From positions 90,272,001 to 90,336,000 of the forward strand of contig OZ336871.1 of NCBI GenBank assembly GCA_965287045.1: a stretch of 64,000 nucleotides of DNA, read 5' to 3'. A model generated the notes under the pieces. It made no database searches. It saw only the letters and a list, made by a program, of their open reading frames with translations, and was not told the DNA's origin. Position 1 is the stretch's first letter. Each line of letters begins with the position of its first letter. The translations under genes and the position numbers were made by a program. This document shows, piece by piece, positions 62,791 to 64,000 of this stretch. Source of the stretch: Carcharhinus amblyrhynchos. Taxonomy: Eukaryota.

Positions 62791-64000
62791 TTTGGCTCAC
62801 GTTTTCACCACAGTGGAGGGGCTGTCCACCATGGCAGAAATCCAGAAATAGTCAAAAGTTCCTACCCCAAACCCAGCATTTTCTATATTCTCTGGGGGAC
62901 ACTTAGAGGGGCACACTGCCTTTAAGTGCTAGTTGTCTGCATAATTTAATTTTGTGGAAAGCTTCTTGATCTCCTGCTAAGCTCTTAGGCAGTCAGTGGT
63001 GTGGGCCCTGCTGAAATCAACACTTCAATCAGGGAAATGAAGAATCAGCACAATATCTGCATTCTGCAATTGTGAATGACCCGGTATGATTACAATCCTT
63101 CTTTTTACACTGGAAATAATTTCCTGAATATATTCTCCCAGTAAAGGCTCTCAAGTTGGAAATGTATATTGAGACAAACAATTCCTAAATTATAATGAAA
63201 GGTGACCAACTGAGTAGCTAAAGGAAATACCAAAATAACTTTCAGAAATGTATTATCAGGATACATACAACTGATGGGGAGAAATTCCCACAGGGGTTCT
63301 CCCGTTCATCTACAGTTACTTGAGTGGAAGAGCCATGGGGATTCTGGAGAAATGGTGTAAATGTAATTTGTAACCTTCTTCCATTGTTCCCAAAATATTT
63401 CATTGAAGTTGCAGTAGTTATGCTCAAGAAACCCCAGCTTCAAGGCATTTCATAAGTGACTTATTATTGAATATCATCAAGTTTGACAGTGGAGGAAATG
63501 TGAAAAGGGTAGGATTTTCACCCCCTCAGCAACTTGTTTCATGGTGGTGTGAAGCAGCATGCTTCATACCACCATGGTTGAATCTTATGATCCTGCTGTT
63601 GTCATGGGGTGAACACACCCCTTGCTGCTGGGAAATCTGTATCATTGAAGAACCATAAGATCCTGCTGGCATGACTGGCAGCTTGATTTTGGCAAGAAGG
63701 GGGATTTTCCTCCCCCTCCGCGGTGTGTTTCACAGCAGTGGGAAACGGTGTGCTGCTTGCTGATGGTGGGTTTTTATGGTCCCACCGTGGTCAATGGAGC
63801 ATTCCACTGAATGTACCCCTCACCGCTGGGAAACCTATGATGGGGCAACAGCATTGGTGGACCATATCCTGCAGGTGTCAATGGGCAACAAGATTTGAGT
63901 GAGAGAGCTAGATGATGGATGGGAAACAATGAGTTAGTGAACATGGGAGCTTTTCAGTTTAGAGAAGGGTTGGATATGGGAGTTCGCTTTCCATCCTATA

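Noticed and set aside
1-64000. CRISPR array, prokaryotic operon or defence system, intact endogenous virus
   Set aside because: No regularly spaced repeat-spacer array and no long ORFs; the repeat content is that of a vertebrate nuclear genome.

Overview
Eukaryotic, vertebrate, repeat-dense DNA that is mostly intronic or intergenic, very probably from a shark. It carries many HE1-type V-SINEs closely resembling the Mustelus HE1 consensus as I recall it, plus CR1 LINE fragments. No intact long ORF is present: the ORF-track entries I could assign are TE-derived and the rest look like noise. Recognisable content: about 14 HE1-headed SINEs in two tail classes (CR1-like tail and a hairpin tail resembling the Rex1/Babar 3' end), a second tRNA-headed SINE family, DeuSINE-like relics, CR1, L2, RTE, Rex1/Babar and Penelope relics, a decayed Gypsy gag-pol, probable solo LTRs, decayed PIF/Harbinger elements (transposase and Myb/SANT gene) with non-autonomous derivatives, a hAT MITE, a tRNA-Glu(TTC) pseudogene and microsatellites. 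Three + strand candidate exons (7203-7261, 28971-29001, from 38460) splice in frame and may be the 3' end of an unidentified large-intron gene; this is unverified. I see no convincing new biological system. The best leads are the putative SINE-Rex1 tail partnership, a 130-bp locally templated insertion, the micro-exon chain and a multi-level TE nest. Family names come from recalled consensus motifs, not database searches, and TE boundaries are approximate unless a TSD or TIR is cited.
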